A DNA stretch of 64,000 bases from Oscillospiraceae bacterium (GCA_031550325.1 JAVBOR010000026.1:5274-69273), one strand, 5' to 3'. Counted from the stretch's first letter, positions 1 through 9,237 are shown. Numbers and translations are program-made. Notes: generated by a model not told the origin, from the sequence alone.

Positions 1-219
1 GGCATGGGCAACTCGCTTATTCCCATGCTGTCCGGGTTTGCAGAGCTTATTGTGCGCTCGTCATCTGCGCTTTTCCTGCCCGCGCTCATCGGGGAGTGGG
101 GCGTTTATTTTGCGGAGTCGCTGGGCTGGCCGGTGCTTTGTATCGGGCTGGGCATCACGTTGGTGGCGGTCTACAGGCGGCGCGCAGCGGCAGAGCGGGC
201 GAGGCTCCCGAATTTCTGA
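1..219 (+). CDS. MATE-family efflux transporter, C-terminal fragment (starts before window)
   Basis: Frame open from base 1; GMGNSLIPMLSGFAELIVR...GVYFAESLGW resembles the last TM helices of MATE transporters. Confidence 0.65.
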   Translation, partial: GMGNSLIPMLSGFAELIVRSSSALFLPALIGEWGVYFAESLGWPVLCIGLGITLVAVYRRRAAAERARLPNF

Positions 220-268
220 GATCGGAGGCAAGGCGCGCGGGACACATGTCACCCCGGCGCTTTGCGGC

Positions 269-1531
269 CTACACTACGCGTACCGCGCCGACCGGCCTGA
301 TGGTCAGCGCGCGGCTGACCGCGCGGCCAAACAGCGCGTCCATTTGATTCATGTAGTCTCCGACAAGCAAGTGCGGCACAAACGCCTGAATGGTTCCGGC
401 AAACCCGCCGCCGTGCACGCGCGTTGCGCCGCTTCCGCTCAAAATGCGCTCCGACATCGCCAGGGCGAGGGCCAACGTCTGCGCTGGCTCGGCGCACACG
501 TTTTGCAGATACATGTACGACGAGCGCCCTGAGGCGTTGATCAGCCGGAGAAAGGCCTTGAAGTCCGTGTCGTCCAGCGCCGCGACCAACTTTTCCACAC
601 GGTCGTTTTCGGAAAAGAAGTGGTGGGCGCGCAGAAGCGCGCGGCCGGGGAGCGTCTGCCGGAGCGCGGGCAGCGCGCCATAAAACGCTTCGGGAGAGAC
701 GTCCCGCAGGACATGTCCGCCTAAGGCGCGCGCCACGTCTCTCATCTCCCGGGGGATGGCAGCGTATTTGTCGGTCAGCGTGGCATGGCTGTCAAAAGGG
801 CCGGAGATGCACAGCGTATATCCAAACGCCGAAAAATCGACGTCCATTTGCCTGACCACGGGATTTTCCGGGTCTTGAAAGTCTATGGCGATCATGCCGC
901 CGTGCGTGCAGGCCATTTGATCCATGAGCCCCACGGGCTTTCCGAAAAACTCGGTTTCGGCCCGGCGCGCCGATTTTGCCAGACTGACGGGCGGGAGCAG
1001 GCCCCGGCCATACAGATGGTCGAGGATCAGCCCTATGAGTACCGTAAACGCAGCCGACGAGGATAGGCCGGAGCCGGAGTCAACCTGCGAGTCCACGCTG
1101 GCGGCTATGCCGCCGGGCGGCGTGCCGCCCTCCGAGAGGGACGCTGCCATGCCGCGCACCAGCGCGGCTGACGTACCGCGCTCACCGGCTCTGGGCAGCA
1201 GGCTTCCCAGATCGACGGCGATGGCCTTATGGCCCGGGGAGGACACGCGGAAATAAGGCTCGGCGCTGCGCATTGCGACCGCGATCATATCCAGGTTGAT
1301 CGCTGCTGTGAGAACGCTGCCATGGTTGTGGTCCGTGTGGTTGCCGCCGATTTCGGTGCGGCCGGGCGCGGAGAACAGCATCATATCGCCGTCCCCAAAC
1401 GTGTCAACGTGCCGGTCGATCAGCGCGCACAGACGCGCGGCGGCGGCTTGCGCCTGGGCGCCGTACAGGCGGCGCAGCCGGACGTCATGCTCCCCTGAGC
1501 GGAGGGATTTCATTAGTTGTATGGCGTTCAC
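269..1531 (-). CDS. galK: Galactokinase (GHMP kinase)
   Basis: SAPGRTEIGGNHTDHN, GSGLSSSAAF, GLMDQ and RVHGGGFAG motifs. Confidence 0.92.
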   Translation of the reverse strand: MNAIQLMKSLRSGEHDVRLRRLYGAQAQAAAARLCALIDRHVDTFGDGDMMLFSAPGRTEIGGNHTDHNHGSVLTAAINLDMIAVAMRSAEPYFRVSSPGHKAIAVDLGSLLPRAGERGTSAALVRGMAASLSEGGTPPGGIAASVDSQVDSGSGLSSSAAFTVLIGLILDHLYGRGLLPPVSLAKSARRAETEFFGKPVGLMDQMACTHGGMIAIDFQDPENPVVRQMDVDFSAFGYTLCISGPFDSHATLTDKYAAIPREMRDVARALGGHVLRDVSPEAFYGALPALRQTLPGRALLRAHHFFSENDRVEKLVAALDDTDFKAFLRLINASGRSSYMYLQNVCAEPAQTLALALAMSERILSGSGATRVHGGGFAGTIQAFVPHLLVGDYMNQMDALFGRAVSRALTIRPVGAVRVV

Positions 1532-1739
1532 AGCATGTCCTCCTGCCGATGTTTATCGAGTATCGCCGAGCCGCTTGGCGGGGGATAAGGCTACGGCCAC
1601 TCCATTATAGTCGGGTTTGAGGCCGAGAGCAAGCCCTGCCCGCATCCCGTATGGGCGGCGGGAAGGGGATTGCGCATTTTGCCGTTATCCCCAAGAGAGA
1701 GCGAGCGCCTTGGACAAACCAAAACAAAGGAGGCCGACC

Positions 1740-2762
1740 ATGAAAGCGCTTTTCATCGGGGGAACCGGAACCATCAGCGCAAGCGTGTCTTCACTTGCCG
1801 CTCGGCGGGGCTGGGAGCTCTGGCTGCTCAACCGGGGAAACAGGTCGTCGCTCGCGCCGGAGGGCGTCAACTGTATTCAGGCGGACATCCAGGATGAGGG
1901 CGGGGTGGCGGCGCTGATCAAAGACGCGCATTTTGACTGCGTTGTCGATTTTATCGCGTTTTTGCCCGAGCAGGTTCGCCGCGACATCAGGCTTTTTGCC
2001 GGGAAAACAGAACAGTACATCTTTATCAGCTCGGCCTCCGTCTACAAGCGCCCGTCCGGCAGTGTGTACATCACCGAGGGCACGCCGCTGTACAACCCCT
2101 ATTGGCGATATTCGCAGGAAAAAATAGCGTGTGAGGAGTGCCTGAAGGCCGAGTATCGCGCGAGCGGCTTTCCGTTTACATGCGTACGCCCGAGCCACAC
2201 GTATTCCCACCTGACGCTGCCGCTGCCGCTGCACGGCGCGAAAGGTTCGTGGCAGACGGTAAGTCGCATGCGCGAGGGAAAGCCCGTGATTGTTCCCGGA
2301 GACGGGTCGGCGTTTTGGACGCTGACGCACAGCGAGGACTTTGCCAAAGCGTTTGTCGGGCTGATGGGAGAGGGGCGCGCCATCGGGGAGGCCTATCACA
2401 TCACCTCGGACTTTTCCCTCACATGGAACGAGGTTCTGCTGACCGTGGCGCGCGCGCTGGGCGTCACGCCCGATCTGCGGCATATCTCCTCAGACTTTTT
2501 GGCAGCCTGCGACAACATGGGGTACGGGCTGCGCGGCGCGCTGTTGGGCGACAAGTCTGTTTCGGCGCTGTTTGACAACGCGAAGATCAAGGCTGCCGTG
2601 CCGGGCTATGTGGCCACGATCTCGGCGGAGCAGGGGCTGCGCCGCTCCGTAGAGCACATGCTGGCTCACCCGGAGCTCCAGAGACCGGACGAGGATTTTG
2701 ACGTCTGGTGCGACAAGGTGGCCGCCGCGCATGAGGCCGGCCTGGCCGCCTTTGGCGCATGA
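1740..2762 (+). CDS. NAD-dependent epimerase/dehydratase (extended SDR)
   Basis: ATG at 1740 after AGGAGG; MKALFIGGTGTIS Rossmann motif; YSQEK catalytic YxxxK. Confidence 0.88.
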   Translation: MKALFIGGTGTISASVSSLAARRGWELWLLNRGNRSSLAPEGVNCIQADIQDEGGVAALIKDAHFDCVVDFIAFLPEQVRRDIRLFAGKTEQYIFISSASVYKRPSGSVYITEGTPLYNPYWRYSQEKIACEECLKAEYRASGFPFTCVRPSHTYSHLTLPLPLHGAKGSWQTVSRMREGKPVIVPGDGSAFWTLTHSEDFAKAFVGLMGEGRAIGEAYHITSDFSLTWNEVLLTVARALGVTPDLRHISSDFLAACDNMGYGLRGALLGDKSVSALFDNAKIKAAVPGYVATISAEQGLRRSVEHMLAHPELQRPDEDFDVWCDKVAAAHEAGLAAFGA

Positions 2763-2773
2763 GGATCGTTTGG

Positions 2774-3060
2774 TTCAAACCTGCTCAGAGGCCAAAACCA
2801 AACCTTCGCTTTGTCAAAGAACCCCATCGAGCTCCCGTCCTTTTGCGATTTTCGTATCGAGCCTGACATTATCGATGTCAGGTTCTTGCTGGATCGAAAA
2901 ACGCAAAAGCGTAGAAACTTCAAGGTGTAGGCGAATTCATTTCGCCGGAATCTTTCCTTTAAAACCTCCTCAGAGGTTTATTCCAATCTCTCGTTACTGT
3001 CGAAAAACAAAGTTTTTCAACAGTCCGTGTCAAAGAACCAAAGGTTCTTTGACAATCTGA
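2774..3060. repeat. Composite palindromic intergenic element (REP/MITE-like)
   Basis: Several hairpins; TGTCAAAGAACC-AAA-GGTTCTTTGACA at 3028-3054 and half-copy CGCTTTGTCAAAGAACCC at 2807-2824; homologous to 31438-31489 and 56498-56592. Confidence 0.8.
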
Positions 3061-3087
3061 TGCGCCTCCGCCCAAAAATTGATTTTC

Positions 3088-3115
3088 TTGACTTTGCTTT
3101 GAAAACATGTATAAT
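3088..3115 (+). promoter_or_regulatory. sigmaA promoter of rpsF-ssb-rpsR
   Basis: TTGACT-N16-TATAAT. Confidence 0.75.
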
Positions 3116-3148
3116 AATATGGTCTGTCTGCTGCTGAGTATGGCAGAA

Positions 3149-3196
3149 CATCCTTGCCTTCGGCCTGACCGAAGGCCATATGTCCAGAAGGAGGTG
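3149..3196 (+). promoter_or_regulatory. S6:S18 ribosomal protein leader (autoregulatory RNA)
   Basis: TCCTTGC + hairpin CCTTCGG/CCGAAGG + CC..AAGGAGGTG pairing over the rpsF RBS, the architecture of Firmicutes S6:S18 leaders. Confidence 0.65.
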
Positions 3197-3203
3197 CAAC
3201 ACT

Positions 3204-3503
3204 ATGGCAAAAGTCACCGCTCAATACGAGACCATTTTCATTTTGGATCCCGCTCTCAGTGAAGAGGACACCAACACCCTTGTGGAAAAGTTCAAGTCGC
3301 TTGTTGAGGCCAACGCCACAATCGGCGAGGTCGATCTCTGGGGCAAACGCCGCCTGTCGTATCCGATCAACGACCTGAACGAAGGGTACTATGTTCTGAT
3401 CAACTTTGAGTCTGTTCCGGATTTTCCGGCCGAGCTGGATCGCGTGTACAAGATTACCGATGGCATCATGCGCAGTCTGATCATCTGCAAGGATGAGAAG
3501 TAG
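3204..3503 (+). CDS. rpsF: 30S ribosomal protein S6
   Basis: YETIFILDP, WGKRRLSYPI, EGYYVLINF. Confidence 0.97.
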   Translation: MAKVTAQYETIFILDPALSEEDTNTLVEKFKSLVEANATIGEVDLWGKRRLSYPINDLNEGYYVLINFESVPDFPAELDRVYKITDGIMRSLIICKDEK

Positions 3504-3514
3504 GGGGAATTACG

Positions 3515-3961
3515 ATGCTGAACAAGGCCATTTTGATGGGGCGGCTTACAAAGGACCCCGAGCTGCGCCGCACACAGTCCGGTCTCTCTGTGACATCGTT
3601 TACGCTTGCTATCGACCGTGATTTTGGCGGCAAGGGCGAGGAAAAGCAGACCGATTTTATTGACATTGTCTGCTGGAGAAACACTGCCGACTTCACGGCC
3701 AAATGGTTCCACAAGGGCCAGCTGGTTGCGGTGGCCGGGCGGATTCAGCAGCGCAAATGGCAGGATAAAGAGGGCAACAACCGCTACAGCTTTGAAGTCA
3801 TCGCGGATGAGGCCCATTTTGCGGAGCGCCGTTCCGACAGCCCTACAGCTGAGAAATATGACGTCCCCCCGCGCACCGAGCCCAGCATGTCCGCGCCGGC
3901 CATGAACGCGCCGTCCACCTTTGCCGAACTCGATGAGGACGACGGGGAGCTGCCGTTCTAA
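3515..3961 (+). CDS. ssb: Single-stranded DNA-binding protein
   Basis: MLNKAILMGRLTKDPELR; acidic tail DDGELPF. Confidence 0.97.
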   Translation: MLNKAILMGRLTKDPELRRTQSGLSVTSFTLAIDRDFGGKGEEKQTDFIDIVCWRNTADFTAKWFHKGQLVAVAGRIQQRKWQDKEGNNRYSFEVIADEAHFAERRSDSPTAEKYDVPPRTEPSMSAPAMNAPSTFAELDEDDGELPF

Positions 3962-3994
3962 ACCGCTCTCAATTTGAAAAAGGAGGGTTTCTCT

Positions 3995-4231
3995 TTGGAT
4001 ATGGATCGTGGATCACGCTCCCGCAAGCGCCGTAAGGTGTGCTCCTTTTGCACCGACCGTGTGGAGCACATTGACTATAAAGACGCCGGGAAGCTTCGCC
4101 GTTTTCTGTCCGAACGCAGCAAGATTTTGCCGCGCCGTATGACGGGAACCTGCGCCGCCCATCAGCGCCAGCTGACGCTGGCCATCAAGCGCGCCAGACA
4201 TGTGGCGCTGCTGCCGTTTGTCACCGACTAA
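3995..4231 (+). CDS. rpsR: 30S ribosomal protein S18
   Basis: [27 protein letters not shown]; start TTG 3995 (or ATG 4001) after AGGAGG. Confidence 0.97.
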   Translation: MDMDRGSRSRKRRKVCSFCTDRVEHIDYKDAGKLRRFLSERSKILPRRMTGTCAAHQRQLTLAIKRARHVALLPFVTD

Positions 4232-4246
4232 ACGCAAGCCATAATG

Positions 4247-4293
4247 AAAAAGGTCCCTCCGCGCTGTAACGCTGCAGCGCGGGGGGACCTTTC
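4247..4293. terminator. Bidirectional intrinsic terminator
   Basis: AAAAAGGTCCCTCCGCGCTG...CAGCGCGGGGGGACCTTTC hairpin between convergent genes. Confidence 0.8.
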
Positions 4294-4299
4294 AGCTTG

Positions 4300-4779
4300 T
4301 CAAAGGGTTTTGGTCAGCGTGTCGTCATCAAAAACCCAGTCGCGCACGTTGATCACGTTGTATTGTCCCTCGGATTTACGCCCGATGAAGCGGCTGATGC
4401 CGGCGTTAATGATCAGGCGGCTGCACATCGCGCAGGGAAGCGCTTCAATCAGCTCGCCGGTTTTGACGTCGCGCCCGACCAGATACAGCGTGGCGCCGAA
4501 CATGTTCTCGCGCGAGGCCGAAATGATGGCGTTTGCTTCGGCGTGCACGCTTCGGCACAGCTCATAGCGTTCGCCGGACGGGATGCCGAGCTTTTCCCGC
4601 GTGCAGACGCCGAGGTCGCAGCAGTTGGTGCGGCCGCGCGGCGCGCCCGCGTACCCTGTGGATACGATGGTGTCATGATGAACAATGATGGCCCCATAGT
4701 TGCGCCGCAGACAGGTGCCGCGTTCCAGAACCGTTTCGGCAATGTCCAGATAGTAGTTTTCTTTGTCGATGCGATCCAT
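4300..4779 (-). CDS. dCMP deaminase / ComEB-family zinc deaminase
   Basis: TCLRRNYGAIIV, HAEANA, PCAMC. Confidence 0.9.
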   Translation of the reverse strand: MDRIDKENYYLDIAETVLERGTCLRRNYGAIIVHHDTIVSTGYAGAPRGRTNCCDLGVCTREKLGIPSGERYELCRSVHAEANAIISASRENMFGATLYLVGRDVKTGELIEALPCAMCSRLIINAGISRFIGRKSEGQYNVINVRDWVFDDDTLTKTL

Positions 4780-4848
4780 GTCGGTCCTCCCAACCACAAA
4801 AAAGAGTTTGCCGCCGCCTGCGGCAAGCAGACAGCGGCAAGCCGATGA

Positions 4849-5541
4849 TTATACCATTCGCGCAGTAGAGACCTTGACGCCGGGGCCCATCGTGGAGGCT
4901 ACCACGCATGAGCGGATATACTGACCTTTGGCGGCTGCGGGCTTGGCCTTGACGATCGCGCCGAGCAGCGTGTCAAAGTTTTCGCCGAGCTTCTCAATGC
5001 CGAAGCTGACCTTCCCCAGCGGACAGTGAATGATGTTGGTCTTGTCCAGACGGTACTCGACCTTACCGGCCTTGATGTCGGCGATGGCGCGGGCAACGTC
5101 CATGGTGACCGTGCCGGCCTTGGGGTTCGGCATAAGGCCTTTCGGGCCGAGAACCTTACCCAGACGGCCGACCACGCCCATCATGTCAGGCGTCGCGACG
5201 ACCACATCGTATGCAAAGAAGTTTTCGCTCGTGATCTTGGTGACCATTTCCTCGGCGCCCACAAAATCGGCGCCGGCGGCCTCGGCTTCCTTGGCCTTGT
5301 CGCCCTTGGCAAACACCAGAACCCGCATGGTCTTGCCGGTTCCGTGGGGCAAAACAATACTGCCGCGGACCTGCTGGTCTGCGTGGCGGCTGTCGACGCC
5401 GAGCTTGACGTGAACCTCAACGGTCTCGTCAAACTTGGCCTTGGCGGTCTGGATGACCAGATCAAACGCTTCGCTGGAGTCGTACTGTCTCAAACGATCG
5501 ACCAGTTTGGCCGAATCGATATACTTTTTACCACGAAACAT
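4849..5541 (-). CDS. rplA: 50S ribosomal protein L1
   Basis: [35 protein letters not shown]. Confidence 0.98.
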   Translation of the reverse strand: MFRGKKYIDSAKLVDRLRQYDSSEAFDLVIQTAKAKFDETVEVHVKLGVDSRHADQQVRGSIVLPHGTGKTMRVLVFAKGDKAKEAEAAGADFVGAEEMVTKITSENFFAYDVVVATPDMMGVVGRLGKVLGPKGLMPNPKAGTVTMDVARAIADIKAGKVEYRLDKTNIIHCPLGKVSFGIEKLGENFDTLLGAIVKAKPAAAKGQYIRSCVVASTMGPGVKVSTARMV

Positions 5542-5555
5542 ATGTCGTCCCCCCC

Positions 5556-5981
5556 TTACTCTTCTACCACGACGCCCATGCTGCGGGCGGACCCGGCAAC
5601 CATACGCATAGCGGATTCCACGGAGGCCGCATTGAGGTCGGGCATTTTGAGCTCGGCGATCTTGCGGACATCCTCTTTACTGATCGTGGCGACTTTGGTT
5701 TTGTTGGGTTCGGCCGAGCCGGACTCAATCTTGCAGGCCTTTTTGATCAGGACGGGAGCGGGGGGCGTTTTGGTGATGAAAGAGAAGCTGCGGTCGGAGT
5801 ATACGGTGATGACGACGGGGATAATGAGGCCGACGTCATTTTTGGTGCGCTCGTTAAAATCCTTTGTGAACTGCATGATGTTCACGCCGTGCTGGCCCAG
5901 CGCGGGGCCGACCGGGGGCGCCGGGGTCGCTTTGCCGGCGGGAATCTGCAGCTTAATTAATCCGACAACTTTTGAAGCCAT
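5556..5981 (-). CDS. rplK: 50S ribosomal protein L11
   Basis: [19 protein letters not shown]. Confidence 0.98.
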   Translation of the reverse strand: MASKVVGLIKLQIPAGKATPAPPVGPALGQHGVNIMQFTKDFNERTKNDVGLIIPVVITVYSDRSFSFITKTPPAPVLIKKACKIESGSAEPNKTKVATISKEDVRKIAELKMPDLNAASVESAMRMVAGSARSMGVVVEE

Positions 5982-6000
5982 TATTGTTCCTCCTGTAAAA

Positions 6001-6037
6001 TGTGGTCGTGTCGACCGGGGCTGTCCCGGTCTCCCAC
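6001..6037 (-). promoter_or_regulatory. L1-binding leader upstream of rplK
   Basis: Minus strand GTGGGAG-ACCGGGAC/CCCCGGTC hairpin-GACCACA, resembling the Firmicutes L1 leader. Confidence 0.6.
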
Positions 6038-6061
6038 TGCGAGGGAATGCGAGGGAACGGT

Positions 6062-6586
6062 TTACGCGACTATGGTTTCAACCTGGTCGAGCTCAAGCTC
6101 GACCGGGGTTTCGCGTCCAAACATGGAAATGACGACGCGCACGCGGTTTTTATCCAGCGCAATGTCCTCGACAATGCCGATGAAGTTTTCCAGCGGGCCG
6201 TCCGTGATTTTCACGGAGTCACCCACGGCATAAGACACAACAATCTCATGCTTTTCAACGCCAAGCGCGGACACTTCGGATTCGGTGAGCGCAACGGGCT
6301 TGCTGCCCGGACCCACAAAGCCGGTGACGCCTCTGGTGTTGCGCACAACATGCCAACTCTCGTCGGTCATAACCATCTTCACCAGCACATAACCGGGAAA
6401 GATTTTACGGTCAACGGTTTTGCGCACCGAATCGGTGATCTCCGTGACTTCTTCCATAGGGACGTTCACGTCGAAGATCAGATGGTGCAGCTTCCTGTTT
6501 TCAACAGTTTTTTGGATGGTGGCAGCCACTTTGTTTTCGTAGCCCGAGTAGGTGTGTACGACGTACCATTTGGCGTTGTCAGACAT
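6062..6586 (-). CDS. nusG: Transcription elongation factor NusG
   Basis: [31 protein letters not shown]. Confidence 0.98.
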   Translation of the reverse strand: MSDNAKWYVVHTYSGYENKVAATIQKTVENRKLHHLIFDVNVPMEEVTEITDSVRKTVDRKIFPGYVLVKMVMTDESWHVVRNTRGVTGFVGPGSKPVALTESEVSALGVEKHEIVVSYAVGDSVKITDGPLENFIGIVEDIALDKNRVRVVISMFGRETPVELELDQVETIVA

Positions 6587-6591
6587 AGTTT

Positions 6592-6846
6592 CTATCCTTT
6601 TGCAAATGTGTTGATGAGTATTTGAACGAGCTGGGTAAACAGAAAGTCAAAGCAGAATATGATCACGCCCATGAGGAGTACCGCCGCGATGACAATGAGC
6701 GTATTGTTAACGACCTGCTTCGGGGTTGGCCATACGACCTTTTTGAGTTCCGAGCGCATCTCGCGGAACCATTTCGCTATCCTTGACCCAAAGTTCACAA
6801 AGAAGTTGGGTCTAGGATCGGTCTTTTTCTCAACTTCAGACATCAT
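6592..6846 (-). CDS. secE: Preprotein translocase subunit SecE
   Basis: ELKKVVWPT plus TM helix; lies between rpmG and nusG. Confidence 0.95.
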   Translation of the reverse strand: MMSEVEKKTDPRPNFFVNFGSRIAKWFREMRSELKKVVWPTPKQVVNNTLIVIAAVLLMGVIIFCFDFLFTQLVQILINTFAKG

Positions 6847-6854
6847 GCACCATC

Positions 6855-7004
6855 CTACTTAGTTTCTTTGTGGGGCGTGTGTTTCCGGCAGAAACGGCAG
6901 TACTTGTTCATTTCCAGTCTCTCGGGGTCGTTTTTCTTGTTCTTAATGGTGTCGTAGTTGCGTTGTTTGCATTCCTGACAGGAAAGGGTGATTTTTACAC
7001 GCAT
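6855..7004 (-). CDS. rpmG: 50S ribosomal protein L33 (Zn-binding type)
   Basis: [17 protein letters not shown]...[16 protein letters not shown]. Confidence 0.97.
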   Translation of the reverse strand: MRVKITLSCQECKQRNYDTIKNKKNDPERLEMNKYCRFCRKHTPHKETK

Positions 7005-7166
7005 GAATCGGCGCCTCCTTATCGTGAAAGCCGCGCGGTGCTCCGGCAGCTTTCCAGCCTCCCTGAATCGGGGCGTCATGCTGTGGAAACGGGAGAAAAT
7101 CTGCAGCGCGGCTCAGTAGCCGCGCCCGCTCACAGCAAAAAAAAGAACCCCTTACAGGTAAGGAGT

Positions 7167-7195
7167 ACTTTATCACAAATTGCGAATTTCGTCAA
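7167..7195 (-). promoter_or_regulatory. sigmaA promoter of rpmG-secE-nusG
   Basis: TTGACG-N17-TAAAGT on minus strand. Confidence 0.65.
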
Positions 7196-7236
7196 GTGTA
7201 TTCGGTAAAACAGCGCGTTTGGCAGGTCAATAAACG

Positions 7237-7647
7237 CTATTTTCGGCCGCGGCGCGTACCGCGCTTGTCGGTGTGCTGCCGCAGATCGCTCATTTTGCTC
7301 TCCGAGTCGGACATGAACTGCTTGAGTTTATCCTCGAACGTCAGCGCGGCGGGCGCCTGAGCGCGGCGGGCTCCGGAAAAACCCTGAGGACGCTCGGCGC
7401 GGGGCGCGGGAACCTCCAGGTTCTTTTTGATGGAGAGATTGGCGCGGCCTTCCGGGTCAATGGCAATGACCTTTACGGTGACCTCCTGACCCTCGGTCAG
7501 GTGCTCACGGATGTCATTGACATAGGTGTGCGATATTTCGGAAATGTGAACCATGCCCGTCCGGTTGTCGGGCAAGGAAACAAACGCTCCAAACTTGGTA
7601 ATCCCGGTGACTTTTCCGGAAAGAACTGAGCCAACTCCAATTTCCAT
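7237..7647 (-). CDS. S1 RNA-binding domain protein (YabR/YugI-like)
   Basis: GKVTGITKFGAFV, GMVHISEIS, FEDKLKQF. Confidence 0.92.
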   Translation of the reverse strand: MEIGVGSVLSGKVTGITKFGAFVSLPDNRTGMVHISEISHTYVNDIREHLTEGQEVTVKVIAIDPEGRANLSIKKNLEVPAPRAERPQGFSGARRAQAPAALTFEDKLKQFMSDSESKMSDLRQHTDKRGTRRGRK

Positions 7648-7715
7648 AGACGGCGGACTGCCTCCCTGTAAAGTATCTGGTGGATGCTTTAAAACAAAAC
7701 TGTGCGGCAAAGAAT

Positions 7716-7994
7716 TCAAGGAGACACATCAAAAAAAACGATCTCACCAGGCTTCACGTATCCAAATTTCTCGCGGGCCAGCCGGGTGATCGCTTCCGAG
7801 TCGAGTTCAGAGTCGATAGCTTCCGACAGAGCGGAATTGGACAGTCGCTTCGCCTCCACCCGCTGCTGAAGCTGCTCGGTCATGGCCCTTTTCTCGTTGA
7901 TCTGAACCTGCAGGACGAGCAGCATCATCGCGCAATAAACCGCGAAAATGGCCACGACCACTTTGGAGAACAGACCCATTCGTCGCTTTTTCAC
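7716..7994 (-). CDS. divIC: Septum formation initiator (DivIC/FtsB family)
   Basis: GTG start after GGAGG; basic N-terminus, TM, coiled coil, LAREKFGYVKPGEIVF. Confidence 0.88.
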   Translation of the reverse strand: MKKRRMGLFSKVVVAIFAVYCAMMLLVLQVQINEKRAMTEQLQQRVEAKRLSNSALSEAIDSELDSEAITRLAREKFGYVKPGEIVFFDVSP

Positions 7995-8484
7995 GGCGGG
8001 AACCTCCGGTTCTTTTGTGTTCACGGAGACCGACAGCCTCCAAGTCATGGGATGTAGTTTTTATTCTATTCCTTTTTTCAATAAAAAGGAAGTGGTCTTG
8101 CGTATTTTTTTTCGAGGAAACGAAAAAACCCATAAGCTTGACGAAGGGACGCGTCAAAATACGCACAGCCGCCATCAGCCAATCGAGAACGGTTGTTCCC
8201 ACCGCACGGAAAACCCGGGAAAACAGCTTAAAGTACAAAAACGCGCCAAGTACCATGCCGACCATGGCAAATAAGCGAAGTTCGCCGCCGCCCAAATCCA
8301 TGGCAAACCAAAAAGCGGCCACGGCACACACGGCCCAAAAGACAATATCCAGCAGCGCGGTGACAAACCAGAAGTTTGCGCGCGCACGGATGATGCGCAT
8401 GATGTCATACAGAACGCCGAGCGCGGCGCCCAAAAGCATGGACCACAGAAACTCCAGGCCCTGCCCGGTAACCGAGACGGTCAT
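7807..8484 (-). CDS. yabQ: Spore cortex biosynthesis protein YabQ (C-terminus unusually overlaps divIC)
   Basis: LGAALGVLYDIMR, LLDIVFW, GELRLF; position after yabP. Confidence 0.85.
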   Translation of the reverse strand: MTVSVTGQGLEFLWSMLLGAALGVLYDIMRIIRARANFWFVTALLDIVFWAVCAVAAFWFAMDLGGGELRLFAMVGMVLGAFLYFKLFSRVFRAVGTTVLDWLMAAVRILTRPFVKLMGFFVSSKKNTQDHFLFIEKRNRIKTTSHDLEAVGLREHKRTGGSRREKATNGSVLQSGRGHFRGLLRDDAARPAGSDQREKGHDRAASAAGGGEATVQFRSVGSYRL

Positions 8485-8759
8485 TTGAAGACACGCGACC
8501 AGAAGCCGCCGCCGGACGGCACATCGTCCTCATATTCCAGAGAGATAATCAGCCCTTCTACGCTGAGTTCACCGCCCTCAATATTAAGTTTATCGATGTG
8601 TAAGCCGTTTCCTTTAATAATCAGAGCGCCCTTACTGGTCATACAGATGACACTGTCCTCGTCAAAGCTCTCCACGTCCTCCACGCCGGCAATCGCCATG
8701 CGGCTGCGTCCCTCCAAAATCACGTGATGCGGCAGTCCGCGGTTTGTGTCCGCCATCAT
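8481..8759 (-). CDS. yabP: Sporulation protein YabP
   Basis: HVILEGRSRMAIAGVEDVESFDE, GLHIDKLNIEGG. Confidence 0.92.
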   Translation of the reverse strand: MMADTNRGLPHHVILEGRSRMAIAGVEDVESFDEDSVICMTSKGALIIKGNGLHIDKLNIEGGELSVEGLIISLEYEDDVPSGGGFWSRVFK

Positions 8760-8793
8760 CGCAGCGCCCCCTCTCAAAACTTGTGTTTGTACA

Positions 8794-8822
8794 AGTATAT
8801 GGCCGGGGGCAGGCAAGTATGT
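8794..8822 (-). promoter_or_regulatory. sigmaE-type promoter of yabP-yabQ
   Basis: ACATACT-N14-CATATACT; yabPQ is sigmaE-controlled in B. subtilis. Confidence 0.7.
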
Positions 8823-8825
8823 CCC

Positions 8826-9080
8826 TTACATGGGCTCGGAGGGAAGTTCGCGGTAGAGTGTCACGGAGCTTTCACGCGAGACGTGTTCGCTGACAGACAG
8901 CACCTCCACGGTCAGGCGGCGCGCGCCGAAGCGTACGGAAATCACATCGCCGACCTTGACCTCGTACGATGCCTTGGCCGGTTTGCCGCCCACCGTGACC
9001 CTTTCGTTGTCGCAAGCCTCGTTGGCGACCGTGCGGCGCTTGATCAGCCGGGAAACCTTAAGGTATTTGTCCAGGCGCAT
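8826..9080 (-). CDS. yabO: S4 RNA-binding protein YabO/RqcP (Hsp15-like)
   Basis: MRLDKYLKVSRLIKRRTVANEAC. Confidence 0.92.
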   Translation of the reverse strand: MRLDKYLKVSRLIKRRTVANEACDNERVTVGGKPAKASYEVKVGDVISVRFGARRLTVEVLSVSEHVSRESSVTLYRELPSEPM

Positions 9081-9237
9081 TGCCGCCCTCCAAACTGTAA
9101 GCATAGCCGTCTCTCTAACGGATTGCCCAAAAGGCAACCCCGTGTAGCGCGTCCCGCAAAAGAGCGGGGGGCGCGAACCGCGGGGGACGCGCAAATGCGC
9201 GTCTTCGCTATTGAGACGGCCACGAAAATCATGCCGA

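Noticed and set aside
3515-3961. ssb as a phage or mobile-element gene
   Set aside because: Canonical chromosomal rpsF-ssb-rpsR operon
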